The position numbers and the translations under genes were made by a program. A DNA stretch of 64,000 nucleotides from Candidatus Dadabacteria bacterium (GTDB lineage Bacteria > Desulfobacterota_D > UBA1144 > Nemesobacterales > CSP1-2). The notes beneath the pieces are model-generated. The model saw nothing but the letters and a program-made list of their open reading frames with translations. It had not been told where the DNA came from and made no database searches. Where the stretch lies: the NCBI GenBank assembly GCA_963805855.1, contig CAWDVW010000006.1, positions 160,001 through 224,000 of the forward strand, given 5' to 3'. Below, piece by piece: positions 46,997-57,988 of the stretch (its first letter is position 1; every line of letters begins with the position of its first letter).

Positions 46997-49606
46997 TCAG
47001 CTGGCGGCGGCTTTCCTTTTTTCCTTCTTAGCACTAAACGTAAAATCTCTGTTCTTATCGACATCGATTAAGATCGAGTTTCCTTCTTTAAAATTACCTT
47101 TTAGAATATCTGTTGCCAGCGGATCCTGAATTAATTTTTGTATTGTTCGCTTTAGTGGTCTTGCTCCATATACGGGATCGTAGCCCTTTTCAGCGAGCGC
47201 TTCCTTGGCGTTGTCAGTAAGCTCGATGGAAATCTTTCTTTCTTCCAATCTCTTTCTCAGGTGCTCAAGTTGAATTTCAACAATTTCCTTTATTTGCTCT
47301 ATTCCGAGAGGTCTAAAGATGATGGTTTCATCCACTCTATTGAGAAATTCTGGTCTGAAAGAGCTTCTCATGACCTCCATTACCTTTCTCCGCATCCCCT
47401 CTTCGTCGCCTATGAGTTCCTGTATGAATTGGCTTCCGAGGTTGGATGTCATAATGATAATGGTGTTTCTGAAATCGACCGTTCTCCCTTGCCCGTCGGT
47501 CAAACGTCCATCTTCGAGTATTTGTAGGAGTATATTGAAAACATCATTGTGCGCCTTCTCGATCTCATCTAAAAGAATTGCCGAGTAGGGGCGTCTTCTG
47601 ATAGCTTCGGTCAATTGACCTCCCTCTTCATAGCCAACATATCCAGGGGGTGCACCTATTAACCTTGAAACTGTGTGTTTTTCCATGTATTCGCTCATAT
47701 CCAGCCTTACCATAGCGGTTTCATCGTCAAACATAAATTCAGCAAGGGCCTTAGCTAGCTCAGTTTTACCAACTCCCGTCGGGCCTAGAAATATGAAAGA
47801 GCCAATGGGTCTATTAGGATCGGAGAGCCCGGCGCGTGACCTCCTTAGCGCGTTGGAAACGGCTTCGATCGCCTTATCCTGCCCAACAACCCTTTTTGCT
47901 AGCCGTTCTTCCATGTGGATAAGCTTTTCGATTTCACCTTCCATCAGCTTCGAAACTGGAACTCCTGTCCATTTGGAAACGATCTCTGCAATGTCTTCGG
48001 CATCAACTTCTTCTTTGAGCATCTTTTTTTCCTTTTGAATTTCGGCAAGCTCATTACTCAGATTCTCCAGTCTCTTGTTCAGGTCTGGAAGCTTTCCGTA
48101 TAGAAGTTCAGATGCCGTAGAAAGATCACCATTTCGTTGGGCTCTTTCAGCTTCCATTTTTACGCTGTCAATCTCTTCCTTTATGGACCTGATATTTGCA
48201 ATATGCTCTTTTTCTCTTTTCCAATGGGCTATTAAGCTGTTTATTTCCTCTTTTTGGTTTGCGATGTTTTTTTCAATGACCTTTAATTTTTCCTCTGACG
48301 CTTGATCCTTTTCCTTTTTTAGTGCCTCCTTTTCGATCTCCAGTTGCATTATACGCCTTTGTCTCTCATCAATTTCAATTGGCATTGAGTCGATTTCCAT
48401 CTTTAATCTGGCAGCAGCTTCATCTATCAAGTCAACTGCTTTATCAGGTAGGAATCTTCCGGTTATATATCTATTGGATAGAACACCAGCGGCAATCAAC
48501 GCTTCGTCTTTGATCTTAACCCCATGATGAACTTCATACTTTTCTTTGAGTCCCCTCAGGATAGAAATAGTCTCTTCTACGCTTGGCTCATCGACGAAAA
48601 CCTGTTGAAATCTTCTCTCAAGAGCGGCGTCTTTTTCAATGTGTTTTCTATATTCATCAAGAGTGGTAGCGCCAATACAATGTAGCTCACCTCGTGCCAA
48701 CGCTGGCTTAAGCATGTTAGATGCATCGACTGCACCCTCTGCAGCTCCTGCCCCAACTACTGTATGTATCTCATCGATGAATAATATTATCTCTCCCTCT
48801 GAGGATGTTACTTCTTTCAAAACAGCCTTGAGCCGCTCTTCAAATTGACCCCGATATTTGGCTCCGGCAAGAAGAGATCCTATGTCTAATGCAACGAGCC
48901 GCTTGTTCTTTAATCCCTCCGGCACATCTCCATTCACTATTCTTTGTGCTAACCCCTCTACGATGGCGGTCTTTCCCACTCCCGGCTCGCCGATCAGCAC
49001 CGGATTGTTCTTTGTCCTTCTGGATAGCACCTGTATGACCCTTCTTATTTCATCATCACGTCCTATAACAGGGTCGATTTTGCCCTGCCGTGCTAGTTCA
49101 GTAAAGTCCTTTCCGAATTGCTTCAGGGATTGAAAAGTGTCTTCGGGTGTCTGACTGGTAACTGTTTGGCCGCCTCGAACCTCCTTCAAAACCTTGATTA
49201 TGTTATCCCTTGTGACCCCATTCTTCTTAAATTCATTTTTAATCTCACCTATTGCATGCTGCACAATGCCAATAAAAAGATGTTCGGTGCTAACATATTC
49301 ATCACCCATTGATTTGGCTTCTTTCTCTGCTGTGCTGAAGGATTGGCTTGCTTCACGGCTTAGGTAGACCTGGTCTGAACCACCATCAACTTTAGGTAGT
49401 TTAGCAATTTCTTTTTGGGCTAATCCTCTGATTATTTGAGGATTAACACCAATCTTTCCCAAAATTTCGGTTGGAATACCCTGTTCTGAAAGCAGCGCAA
49501 GTATTAAATGTGGAATATCGATTATCTGGTTTCTTTCAGTCTGTGCAATGGACTGTGCTTCCGAAAGTGCTTCCTGGGCTTTAATTGTAAGTTTGTCGAA
49601 TTTCAT
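46997..49606 (-). CDS. clpB: ATP-dependent chaperone ClpB
   Basis: Two AAA+ modules ([16 protein letters not shown]), coiled-coil M-domain, GYVGYEEGG. Confidence 0.97.
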   Translation of the reverse strand: MKFDKLTIKAQEALSEAQSIAQTERNQIIDIPHLILALLSEQGIPTEILGKIGVNPQIIRGLAQKEIAKLPKVDGGSDQVYLSREASQSFSTAEKEAKSMGDEYVSTEHLFIGIVQHAIGEIKNEFKKNGVTRDNIIKVLKEVRGGQTVTSQTPEDTFQSLKQFGKDFTELARQGKIDPVIGRDDEIRRVIQVLSRRTKNNPVLIGEPGVGKTAIVEGLAQRIVNGDVPEGLKNKRLVALDIGSLLAGAKYRGQFEERLKAVLKEVTSSEGEIILFIDEIHTVVGAGAAEGAVDASNMLKPALARGELHCIGATTLDEYRKHIEKDAALERRFQQVFVDEPSVEETISILRGLKEKYEVHHGVKIKDEALIAAGVLSNRYITGRFLPDKAVDLIDEAAARLKMEIDSMPIEIDERQRRIMQLEIEKEALKKEKDQASEEKLKVIEKNIANQKEEINSLIAHWKREKEHIANIRSIKEEIDSVKMEAERAQRNGDLSTASELLYGKLPDLNKRLENLSNELAEIQKEKKMLKEEVDAEDIAEIVSKWTGVPVSKLMEGEIEKLIHMEERLAKRVVGQDKAIEAVSNALRRSRAGLSDPNRPIGSFIFLGPTGVGKTELAKALAEFMFDDETAMVRLDMSEYMEKHTVSRLIGAPPGYVGYEEGGQLTEAIRRRPYSAILLDEIEKAHNDVFNILLQILEDGRLTDGQGRTVDFRNTIIIMTSNLGSQFIQELIGDEEGMRRKVMEVMRSSFRPEFLNRVDETIIFRPLGIEQIKEIVEIQLEHLRKRLEERKISIELTDNAKEALAEKGYDPVYGARPLKRTIQKLIQDPLATDILKGNFKEGNSILIDVDKNRDFTFSAKKEKRKAAAS

Positions 49607-49639
49607 CTATCGATACCTCAAGTTATCTATTACCATTAC

Positions 49640-49677
49640 CATTCTAAAATATTACTAATCTGATAAAAATCAAGGAA
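49640..49677 (-). promoter_or_regulatory. putative heat-shock promoter/operator shared with hsp20
   Basis: TTCCTTGATTTTTATCAGATTAGTAATATTTTAGAATG. Confidence 0.55.
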
Positions 49678-49800
49678 CCTATGATCATGGAAATTTATAT
49701 ATCAGACTTCAAGTATAGTGAAATTGTTCAATTGAGTCTATGCTTTACAAACGTTCAAAATTAGGTATATATAGACACCATTTAAATTCAGGAGGGTACC

Positions 49801-50004
49801 ATGGCTGTTGCGAGAATAACAGAAGTGATTGGTTCATCCGAGAAGTCCTGGGATGACGCGGTTAAAAATGCTTTCAATAGGGCGAACAAGACTCTCAGGG
49901 GTCTTACCGGTATAGAAGTAACAAAGATGAATGCCCACATTGAAAAGGGTAAAATTGTAGAGTATCGAGCCCACGTAAGAATTACATTTATTTTAGAGGG
50001 CTAA
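49801..50004 (+). CDS. dodecin family protein
   Basis: GSSEKSWDDAVKNA...IVEYRAHVRITF. Confidence 0.92.
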   Translation: MAVARITEVIGSSEKSWDDAVKNAFNRANKTLRGLTGIEVTKMNAHIEKGKIVEYRAHVRITFILEG

Positions 50005-50239
50005 TTACTCCTAACTTTATTACCTTGCCACATTGTTTCTGTTATTTTTGGATTAGTCGATTAAGCGATGAACAGTATTGTTTTAAACATTTAAATGAGT
50101 TTTAATGGATTTCTCCTTGCACCTGCGGTGGCTTATAATTCTGTAAAATCTAAAAGTTCAATTACCTTTATTGAGATGATTGTTCTTTGTCGTGTAGTTG
50201 AACACTTAGCTTTCATAATTTCTATGAAGATATTTTTAA

Positions 50240-51112
50240 GTGAGGTTAATAAAATTGAAAGTCGATGAAATAAAAGAGGTAGGCGTAATAGGGGCCGGAA
50301 CAATGGGCTCAGGTATTGCTCAAGTCGTGGCAAGTAGTGGAAGGAAAGTGGTTTTAATTGACGTGTCTGAAGCTAACCTTGATAGAGGTATAAAAACCAT
50401 AGAGAAGAGCCTTGCCAGGATGGTAAAGAAGGGGGACATTGCGGAAAGCGATAGCCGAGCTATAGTATCAAATATTCAAGTGACAACCAGTTATGAGGAT
50501 CTGTCAGGTGTGGATATGGTTGTTGAAGCGATCTTTGAAGAAATAGGGGTAAAAAAGGAGACTTTTAAGAAGCTGGATGAATTCACAAAGCCGGAGATAA
50601 TTCTTGCCACAAACACGTCTTCACTTCCAATTGTAGAGATCGCTATAAGCACTAAGAGACCGGACAAGGTAGTCGGAATGCATTTCTTTAATCCCGCACC
50701 AATAATGAAGCTGGTTGAGGTTATCAAGTCGCTAACAACTTCTGATGAAACCGTACAGACTGCTTACGAATTTAGCAAAGCCCTCGGTAAGGACCCGGTA
50801 AAAGCCAAGGATGTACCTGGATTTATCGTCAATCGTGTTCTCATGCCGATGCTAAATGAAGCTGTATTTACTCTACAAGATGGGATTGGAAGTCCTGAGG
50901 ATATTGATAAGGCAATGAAACTGGGCACAAACCAACCTATGGGTCCCCTTGCCCTTATTGATTTAATAGGGCTTGACGTAACACTTGATGTTATTGACGT
51001 GTTATACAAAGAATTTCAGGATTCAAAATATCGTGCTGCCCCTCTTCTAAGACAGATGGTTCGATCCGGTTGGTTGGGCAGGAAGAGTGGAAGGGGCTTT
51101 TATGAATATTGA
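50240..51112 (+). CDS. hbd: 3-hydroxybutyryl-CoA dehydrogenase
   Basis: GAGTMGSGIA, VEAIFE, TNTSSL, GMHFFNP, PGFIVNR, GRKSGRGFY. Confidence 0.92.
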   Translation: MRLIKLKVDEIKEVGVIGAGTMGSGIAQVVASSGRKVVLIDVSEANLDRGIKTIEKSLARMVKKGDIAESDSRAIVSNIQVTTSYEDLSGVDMVVEAIFEEIGVKKETFKKLDEFTKPEIILATNTSSLPIVEIAISTKRPDKVVGMHFFNPAPIMKLVEVIKSLTTSDETVQTAYEFSKALGKDPVKAKDVPGFIVNRVLMPMLNEAVFTLQDGIGSPEDIDKAMKLGTNQPMGPLALIDLIGLDVTLDVIDVLYKEFQDSKYRAAPLLRQMVRSGWLGRKSGRGFYEY

Positions 51113-51220
51113 GCAAGATTAATTGCTAAGTATAGTTGAAATTAGAAGAGCATCGTTCCCTGTTTATTTCTCGACTTCTGAACATACAAAAATCTACTCT
51201 ATCGTATGAGACATCTTAGA

Positions 51221-51622
51221 TTAAATAACCTCCCCCGCGTAACCTTCTGAAGCTCTAAATGTGAATTTAAATAGGTCCGCCGTTGAAATAATCCCAACCA
51301 ATTTTCTCTTGTCCATAACCGGCAGGTATCGCACATTCTCTTCATACATTACCCTAAGCACATCCTCTACATCGTCTTCCGCCTGCGCGCATTTAATACT
51401 CTGTGTCATAACCTCTTTGATCTTTGTGGTTTCTAGATCTTTGCCAAGGGCTACTACTCGTGTCAGGAGATCGTGTTGTGTAAATATACCAAAGGTAGGA
51501 CCCTCAATTTGCACAATAATAGCGCCAACGTCCTTCTCAGCCATGGTCTTAACTGCCTTACTTAACGGGGTATTCTGATCGACGGACACCACATCTTTTG
51601 TCATTATCTCATTTACTTTCAT
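51221..51622 (-). CDS. CBS-pair protein
   Basis: Two CBS repeats. Confidence 0.9.
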   Translation of the reverse strand: MKVNEIMTKDVVSVDQNTPLSKAVKTMAEKDVGAIIVQIEGPTFGIFTQHDLLTRVVALGKDLETTKIKEVMTQSIKCAQAEDDVEDVLRVMYEENVRYLPVMDKRKLVGIISTADLFKFTFRASEGYAGEVI

Positions 51623-51796
51623 AATACTTTTTACCTCCTAATCTTTCTTACTTAATAATAAAATACATGATTTTCACAGGTAATAAATTTGTTCATAGAA
51701 TAGTCATCAATTTGTGAGATTCTATCGTTGACAAAGATTTATTAGATGGGATAATTATTTCCCGGTTGGTCAATCAAATAAAAACGCTTTTGGAGT

Positions 51797-52588
51797 ATGA
51801 TTATGAAATTTGAGCTTATTAATTACGAACGGCAACCCGGCGAGATTGGAATTCTTACGATTAACCGTCCGAAGGTCTTAAATGCGCTGAGTTGGCAGAC
51901 ACTTAGAGAGCTAAAGGTGTTTCTAGAGGATATACTTCCAAAAGAGAACTTGAAAGCCCTAATAATTACAGGCGCCGGCGACAAGGCATTTGTTGCAGGT
52001 GCTGACATAGCAGAAATGAATAACATGAAGGATAGGGAGTTCCAGGAATATGTTGATTTTGCCCATAGGGTTTATGAACTTATAGAAAATGATCCCAGCC
52101 CGTGCATTGCAGCGATAAACGGTTATGCACTTGGGGGAGGGTGTGAACTTGCTCTAGCTTGTGATATCAGGATTGCATCAATTAACGCCAAGCTTGGATT
52201 TCCTGAAGTAAGACTTGGGATATTTCCGGGTTGGGGTGGAACACAAAGGGTTACGAGAATTCTCGGTCTTGGAAAGACAAAGGAGTTGGTCTTCACAGGA
52301 GAGATGATTGACGCGCAAGAAGCCCTAAGAATTGGTCTGGTAGAGCGAGTGGTTCCACATGATAATCTTATGGACGAGGCAAGAAATTTAGCCCATAAGA
52401 TTGCGAAGAACGGACCAAGGGCTGTGCGGATGGCGAAGACGGCAATTAACTCCGGATCCGAAATGGATTTACAAAGGGCTCTTCTTCTTGAGAAAACGCT
52501 TGTGTCATTGTGTTTCGATTCCGAGGATAGGGTGGAGGGCATGACTGCATTTCTTGAGAAAAGACAACCAAGTTTCAATGGCAGATAA
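51797..52588 (+). CDS. crt: enoyl-CoA hydratase (crotonase)
   Basis: AFVAGADI, GYALGGGCE, PEVRLGIFPGWGGTQR. Confidence 0.9.
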   Translation: MIMKFELINYERQPGEIGILTINRPKVLNALSWQTLRELKVFLEDILPKENLKALIITGAGDKAFVAGADIAEMNNMKDREFQEYVDFAHRVYELIENDPSPCIAAINGYALGGGCELALACDIRIASINAKLGFPEVRLGIFPGWGGTQRVTRILGLGKTKELVFTGEMIDAQEALRIGLVERVVPHDNLMDEARNLAHKIAKNGPRAVRMAKTAINSGSEMDLQRALLLEKTLVSLCFDSEDRVEGMTAFLEKRQPSFNGR

Positions 52589-52641
52589 TTAATAGGCTTG
52601 AACGTAAATAAACCCCATTTTTACTCAAGGAGGAACCAATA

Positions 52642-53055
52642 ATGTCAAAAGAAAAAACTCCGTTTTCCGACTTGTTCGATACTATAGAAAAGCAACGAAA
52701 GGAAATGGAAAAGGTTATGAAGCCATTTCTTGATCAGATCAAGAACAGCAAGGATGTAACTGAACCAATCTTAGAATTTCAGAAAACCTTCCTCGAAAAA
52801 TATATCGAGCTTCAAAAATCTTTGATGCATCATGCTATAGAAACTACTGGTAAGATCTTTGAGCATGTGGGGGCAGAACAGAAAAAGCACTCAAAAGAAT
52901 CGGAGAGAATAATGGCGGATGCAGGTATTCCTAGCCGGGTGAAGGATTATGTTAAAAGTGTACAAAAATTACAGGAAAATTGGCTGGAGCAGCTACAAGC
53001 CACAACAAAGATGATGGAAGATTTCCTCAAAAGTAGTGAAACGAAGCGGAAGTAA
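52642..53055 (+). CDS. helical hypothetical protein, possibly phasin-like
   Basis: AGGAGG RBS; amphipathic helical composition. Confidence 0.55.
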   Translation: MSKEKTPFSDLFDTIEKQRKEMEKVMKPFLDQIKNSKDVTEPILEFQKTFLEKYIELQKSLMHHAIETTGKIFEHVGAEQKKHSKESERIMADAGIPSRVKDYVKSVQKLQENWLEQLQATTKMMEDFLKSSETKRK

Positions 53056-53295
53056 GGGCGACAAACAGTTCAATTTGTGACAATATAAATTGCGAATTAA
53101 AGAGGTTTTTCGTTGCGGTGGGATTCTGTTGGTTAACTGTTACGTCAACCATCCTGTTCAAAGGCAGCCATTAAAGGTTTGAAAATCTCCTATTGTAAGC
53201 TTTTTTTTTCTAAGTTATTGGTCATCAACGGTCATGTATCGCTTTTATGAAGAGGAGCTTGGTTCTGATACGGTATGTCGTCGGAGTTTTGTTCA

Positions 53296-53640
53296 CTAAG
53301 AAATAAGGTCTCTCCAGGTCTTCCAGGCAAGTTCATGTTGTTTTAATACATTAGTCCATGTAAAGGACGGTACTACAAGAGAGGTTCCTTCCACTGATTT
53401 TAATCCTTCGGTCAGCCTACTAATCCTATCTTTGTTTTTGTCAGTTATTTCGGCTCTCCATCTACCTACAAAAATCCAGATTAAGGGGTTTATGGTTTTA
53501 ATTAACTTAAAATGAGAAAGGAGTGTTTCAACTGCATTTTCCAGTTTCTTCTCATCAGGCGGTTCTATGCTATGTCTAGTTATGATTATGCATATTGGCT
53601 CAAGATCGTAGACTGAACTCGCTTCGTAGTTTTTTCTCAT
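53296..53640 (-). CDS. hypothetical protein
   Basis: 114-aa ORF with a GGGAG RBS; no recognised motif. Confidence 0.45.
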   Translation of the reverse strand: MRKNYEASSVYDLEPICIIITRHSIEPPDEKKLENAVETLLSHFKLIKTINPLIWIFVGRWRAEITDKNKDRISRLTEGLKSVEGTSLVVPSFTWTNVLKQHELAWKTWRDLIS

Positions 53641-54287
53641 GACACAATCGTATCTCCCATGCTGTTGACAGCTAATTATTTATTACGAAGATGTGATTAG
53701 TTTACTGGAATTTTGACCTGTTCGGAAATACTATACAGTCAAAAGTCCCATAATTTCGTTACCGATAAAATTAATGGGGAAAGTCCAATAATTATGTTTG
53801 TAAATTTTCAATCGTATTGTTTTCCTTCAAGAAGCCCGGCGTCAAGCTAGGACATAAGTACCCGAAAATCGGTCTCTCATGTCAGTGTCAGAATCCCCTT
53901 AGAGCCATCGAAGGGGATGAAGCAACCGCATTAATCTGCTCAACTGAAGAAGGGTTTCTACCTTGCGAATTTGTTAGTACCTTTGCAAATGCGAATTAAC
54001 CACTTGACAACCATATATTATTTATATAAATTATCATTCGGACGCTAAAAACAGTCAGTTTATCATTTCTTAAGTTTTATGAATGATATTATTAAGTTAA
54101 CTCACTTCCCAACTGGATAAATTTCCTCTGCTATGGACCTGACAATCTGTTTCATCAGAATTTTTAATTCTAGAATACTAAGGTATATAAGCAATTGCGA
54201 AGAAATGGATGCTTCTAAACATGTAGAGAATCTAGAAACAGATGTGAACATAAAAGTTGAAAAACTTAAAGGAGAAGGTGAATAGCT

Positions 54288-55190
54288 ATGGGACTAAATA
54301 GAGAATTCATAGGACGTGAGTATGACCCTATCAATCATACTGTAACGGAAGAAGAAATTAAAGAATATGCATGGGCTATCGGTGCCCGTAACTTGAGTTA
54401 CTTTAATTATAATGGGGCCCTGAGTCCATTTGCTACCAAGGGCATGGCACCCCCGAGTTATGCGGTTGTTTACGAATTGCCGATACTTGAAAAACTCTGG
54501 GCCGACCCCGATCTCCATGGCGGGGAAGAGCAGGCTAAAAGAAATGTTCTGATGCTTGTGCACGGCTATCAAGATATGCATTTTTACAAACCGATCAGAC
54601 CCGGTGACAAGCTCATATTTAGGATCAAAGTAGCCAATATTGAAGATAAGGGGAGCGGCGAATTATTGATTTTCAATGCGGCAACTGCAGATGAGTCTGG
54701 AAACAAGGTTGTAGAGTCTGATTGGGGTCTTTTTATAAGGGGTATCGGTAGTGGAAGACAGCCCGAAAGGAAAACGAAAAGTGAACATCCTCCATCAGGT
54801 GGTGAAAGTCCTTTGGCGTTTCGGAAGATAATCAGAGTTCCACCTGATATTACATATAGGTATGCTGAGGCTGCACATGATAAAAATCCCATACATATTG
54901 ACGAGGAAGTAGCTAAGAAGGCGGGGCTCAAGGGTATAGTAGTTCACGGGCTTTGTACGATGTCGATGGCGATGAGGGGAATAATAGAATGTTACACAGA
55001 GAGTGATCCTACGAGGCTGGTCCACTTAGGTGTTAGGTTCTCCAGCCCGGTATATCCTGGTGATACATTGGTTTTGGATGGATGGGAGTTAGGCAAAAAG
55101 GGAGAAAATACAGTCCTGGGTTTTGAGGTATCGCGCCGTGACGATAGCGTCAAGGTTATAAAGGGCGGCGCGGCCGAGGTTACTATTTAA
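54288..55190 (+). CDS. double hot-dog MaoC-like (R)-specific enoyl-CoA hydratase
   Basis: YAEAAHDKNPIHID, IVVHGLCT, RFSSPVYPGD. Confidence 0.88.
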   Translation: MGLNREFIGREYDPINHTVTEEEIKEYAWAIGARNLSYFNYNGALSPFATKGMAPPSYAVVYELPILEKLWADPDLHGGEEQAKRNVLMLVHGYQDMHFYKPIRPGDKLIFRIKVANIEDKGSGELLIFNAATADESGNKVVESDWGLFIRGIGSGRQPERKTKSEHPPSGGESPLAFRKIIRVPPDITYRYAEAAHDKNPIHIDEEVAKKAGLKGIVVHGLCTMSMAMRGIIECYTESDPTRLVHLGVRFSSPVYPGDTLVLDGWELGKKGENTVLGFEVSRRDDSVKVIKGGAAEVTI

Positions 55191-55228
55191 TCCTTCTAGA
55201 TAGATAGCTTCGATATTAGTTTCAAGAT

Positions 55229-56947
55229 TTAATTTAATAGGACAGAGGTAGCTGGCGTGGCGTTATCCTTTATCCCACCCGAGGTCTTATCTTCATCAAT
55301 CTCATACTCTAAATCATACCTGGCATAACCAAAGAGTTTTACCTCGAGAAGTTCGAGTAAATCTGAGAGGGTTTCCTTGTTTAAAGCAGATATCATGGGT
55401 GATTGGTATGCCCTCTTAAGTCTATCTATGGTTTCCGTCGGGGCAGAGTCTATTTTATTGAACACAATGATTCTAGGTATAGATTCATAGCCTGTGCTTT
55501 CCAATATCTTATCAACTGAATCAATCCTTTCGTCCAGAAGTGGATCACTAGAGTCTGCCACATGTACCAGCAAAGAGGATTCACCCATTTCTTCAAGGGT
55601 TGCCCTGAATGCCTTTATCAATTCATTCGGTAAGTTTCTTATGAATCCTACTGTATCCGTAAGTAATATGTCTCTTTTACCCGGTAATATTAGTTTTCTG
55701 GTCGTAGGATTCAGCGTTGAAAAGAGCTTATTTTCAACAACAGCGTTACTTTTTGTGAGCGCGTTAAAGAGTGTAGATTTCCCAACATTCGTATATCCGA
55801 TCAAGGTTACGGTCGGTATTCCAGTTTCGGTTCTTTTCTTCCTTGTATGTTTACGTCTCTTGCTTATTTCCTCTATTTGCCTTTCGAGGAGTTCTACCTG
55901 TTGTCTTAATCGTCTTCTTTCCTGTTCAAGCTTTTTTTCGCCCGGACCCCTTGTTCCTATTCCACCTGCAAGTTGGGATAGCTCTATACCTCTGCCAGTC
56001 AGCCTTGGTAGCAGGTAACGAAGCTGCGCTAATCGGACCTGGATTTTACCTTCACTTGTTACTGCATGTTTTGCGAATATCTCAAGTATCAGTTGAGTTC
56101 TGTCAATCACGCCTAAATTTGTCTTTTCGGATATTGACTTTACTTGAGCAGGGGTTAACTCGAGATCAAAGATAAGCGAATCTGCACCTAGCTGCCTTGC
56201 CCTCAGAATAACCTCTTCCAGTTTTCCCTTTCCGATAAGATATCTTGGGTCTATCTGTTTTCTGCCCTGAATTGTTTTATCTAGTATTACTTTGTCCGCA
56301 GAGATGGCAAGAGATTCAAGCTCTTTAATTGAATTTTGCGCATCAACCCGTGAATTCGTATACACTCCTATGAGGAAAACACCGTCTTTTTCTCTGTGGC
56401 CGCCGATTTCGAAGAATGTTCTTTCGCTGTCATATTCAATATCTCTCAGAAACTCTTCGAAATTAATATCGATCTGTCCCAGGTCGTTGTAGTTTAATAG
56501 CTCCCACATCTTCCCTTCAGCATTCGGCGGGAGGATATGAGCTATTTGAAACTTACCTGGAATTCCACCGTCTCTTACCTCAAGCACCCCTATAAGATCG
56601 AGCCTTTCTTTCAACAGGGTTACAAGGTCAGGGTGTGACAAAACGGAGTCTTTTAGATGTGTGTGAATCAGCCGATAGCCTCTAAGTCGATACTTCGCCT
56701 CCCTCGAGCGTTGCAGTCGATCAAACGGTACCTGAAAGGAATCGCCAATAAAAAGAATCTCTATTTTCCCTTTCCTGTTTATTAAAACTGTTATGCTTCT
56801 ATTTATTTCTTTCGATAAACTTGAAAGTGTCCTTCCAAGCTCTAAGGTGATGATTTCTCTTGGGGGTATCCTTCTCTTATATAGTCTTGAGAGGTTTCGA
56901 AGATGGCTAGATTTAAGACCTGAAATATTTCCTAGAATTTTCTCTAT
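55229..56947 (-). CDS. hflX: long-form GTPase HflX, predicted non-canonical ATA start
   Basis: GYTNVGKST, DTVGFI, NKID; frame open 102 codons upstream of the first TTG (IEKILGNISGLK...LRGYRLIHTH); GGAGG 9 nt before the ATA. Confidence 0.9.
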   Translation of the reverse strand: MEKILGNISGLKSSHLRNLSRLYKRRIPPREIITLELGRTLSSLSKEINRSITVLINRKGKIEILFIGDSFQVPFDRLQRSREAKYRLRGYRLIHTHLKDSVLSHPDLVTLLKERLDLIGVLEVRDGGIPGKFQIAHILPPNAEGKMWELLNYNDLGQIDINFEEFLRDIEYDSERTFFEIGGHREKDGVFLIGVYTNSRVDAQNSIKELESLAISADKVILDKTIQGRKQIDPRYLIGKGKLEEVILRARQLGADSLIFDLELTPAQVKSISEKTNLGVIDRTQLILEIFAKHAVTSEGKIQVRLAQLRYLLPRLTGRGIELSQLAGGIGTRGPGEKKLEQERRRLRQQVELLERQIEEISKRRKHTRKKRTETGIPTVTLIGYTNVGKSTLFNALTKSNAVVENKLFSTLNPTTRKLILPGKRDILLTDTVGFIRNLPNELIKAFRATLEEMGESSLLVHVADSSDPLLDERIDSVDKILESTGYESIPRIIVFNKIDSAPTETIDRLKRAYQSPMISALNKETLSDLLELLEVKLFGYARYDLEYEIDEDKTSGGIKDNATPATSVLLN

Positions 56948-56991
56948 ACTAAGGTTCCTCCGTTTTCGAACCCGAAATCAAGATTACAAAA

Positions 56992-57020
56992 ATTATAACC
57001 ATCATTAACTCTAAGTACAA
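56992..57020 (-). promoter_or_regulatory. sigma70 promoter of hflX
   Basis: TTGTAC-N17-TATAAT. Confidence 0.65.
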
Positions 57021-57288
57021 GGAAGTGGCGGCTCCAACTTGATTTAGGCTAGCGAATTCCCTGAAGCTTGCCGCGGTACTGGTCATTCAATGTAAGTGGG
57101 AGATTGCTTCGGGACTGCTTAAGTCCCTCACAAAGACAGGAGAGACGGTTTATTTCTGGGCTGACGCCCTGCGGCTCGCAGCGGGCTAATTGATTTGTAA
57201 ACCGTTAATTTATGAAATAAATTTAACCAATTATTATTTTTGATAATTTTTGGGTTTCATGTATTGCCTGGTCGATGGGAGAAGCTTA

Positions 57289-57783
57289 ATGCAAGATTTT
57301 CGGGAAAAAATAATGAATATCGCTGAGAGAAAGAAGCAAACTGGCAATAAAAGATCAATCTTGCCTGAAGGTAATAATTCGAGTAGCAATTTGAAGGAGG
57401 TTATGAATATTTTATATGGCAAGTCCGAACTGGGGGTCAATATCTACAATGAAGCGACCGAAGGCGAAGAACTCTCGATATTTAGGCTTCCAGAAGAACT
57501 TTTGCAGGTATTTCTAAATGTTCCTGGAAACCAGATTGGATTTTGTTTAATCTCGGATCTTAAATTTGTCCTTTTTATTGGGGAGTCTCCAGATGAGGTT
57601 CTCGTCTTAGGGAAGAAAAGACAATCTCCCGGGAGTGGAGAAGCCTTTCTCACAAGAGCCATACAGCTAATAAGAATTAAATTTGAACACTCGGGAAATA
57701 CTTACAGCTACGAGGACAACACAGGGTCTTTGATTGACCCGGATGAGATAATTATTCATATAATTAATTGGGCGGTAATCTGA
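57289..57783 (+). CDS. hypothetical protein
   Basis: GGGAG RBS before ATG 57289; host-like composition. Confidence 0.6.
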   Translation: MQDFREKIMNIAERKKQTGNKRSILPEGNNSSSNLKEVMNILYGKSELGVNIYNEATEGEELSIFRLPEELLQVFLNVPGNQIGFCLISDLKFVLFIGESPDEVLVLGKKRQSPGSGEAFLTRAIQLIRIKFEHSGNTYSYEDNTGSLIDPDEIIIHIINWAVI

Positions 57784-57988
57784 TTAAAGGCTAGGGGTAT
57801 AGAACCACATGAGTTAGAGATGCAAGGATTACGATAGATGCAATTAATCCAATTATGCCCAGTATGTATATGAAGGCTTCCTTTTCGTTCTTTTCCATTG
57901 GAGCGTAATTATAACCAGGCATGGTATTTTGTAAACAGCACGGAACACAATAGTTGCTTTGTTAGATTTTTTTGTTTAATTTAAATAC

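Noticed and set aside
47261-49312. Numerous antisense/shadow ORFs in the ORF track (over clpB, pckG, proS, hldE, hflX and others)
   Set aside because: They overlap well-supported genes on the opposite strand or in another frame and show no motifs or RBS.
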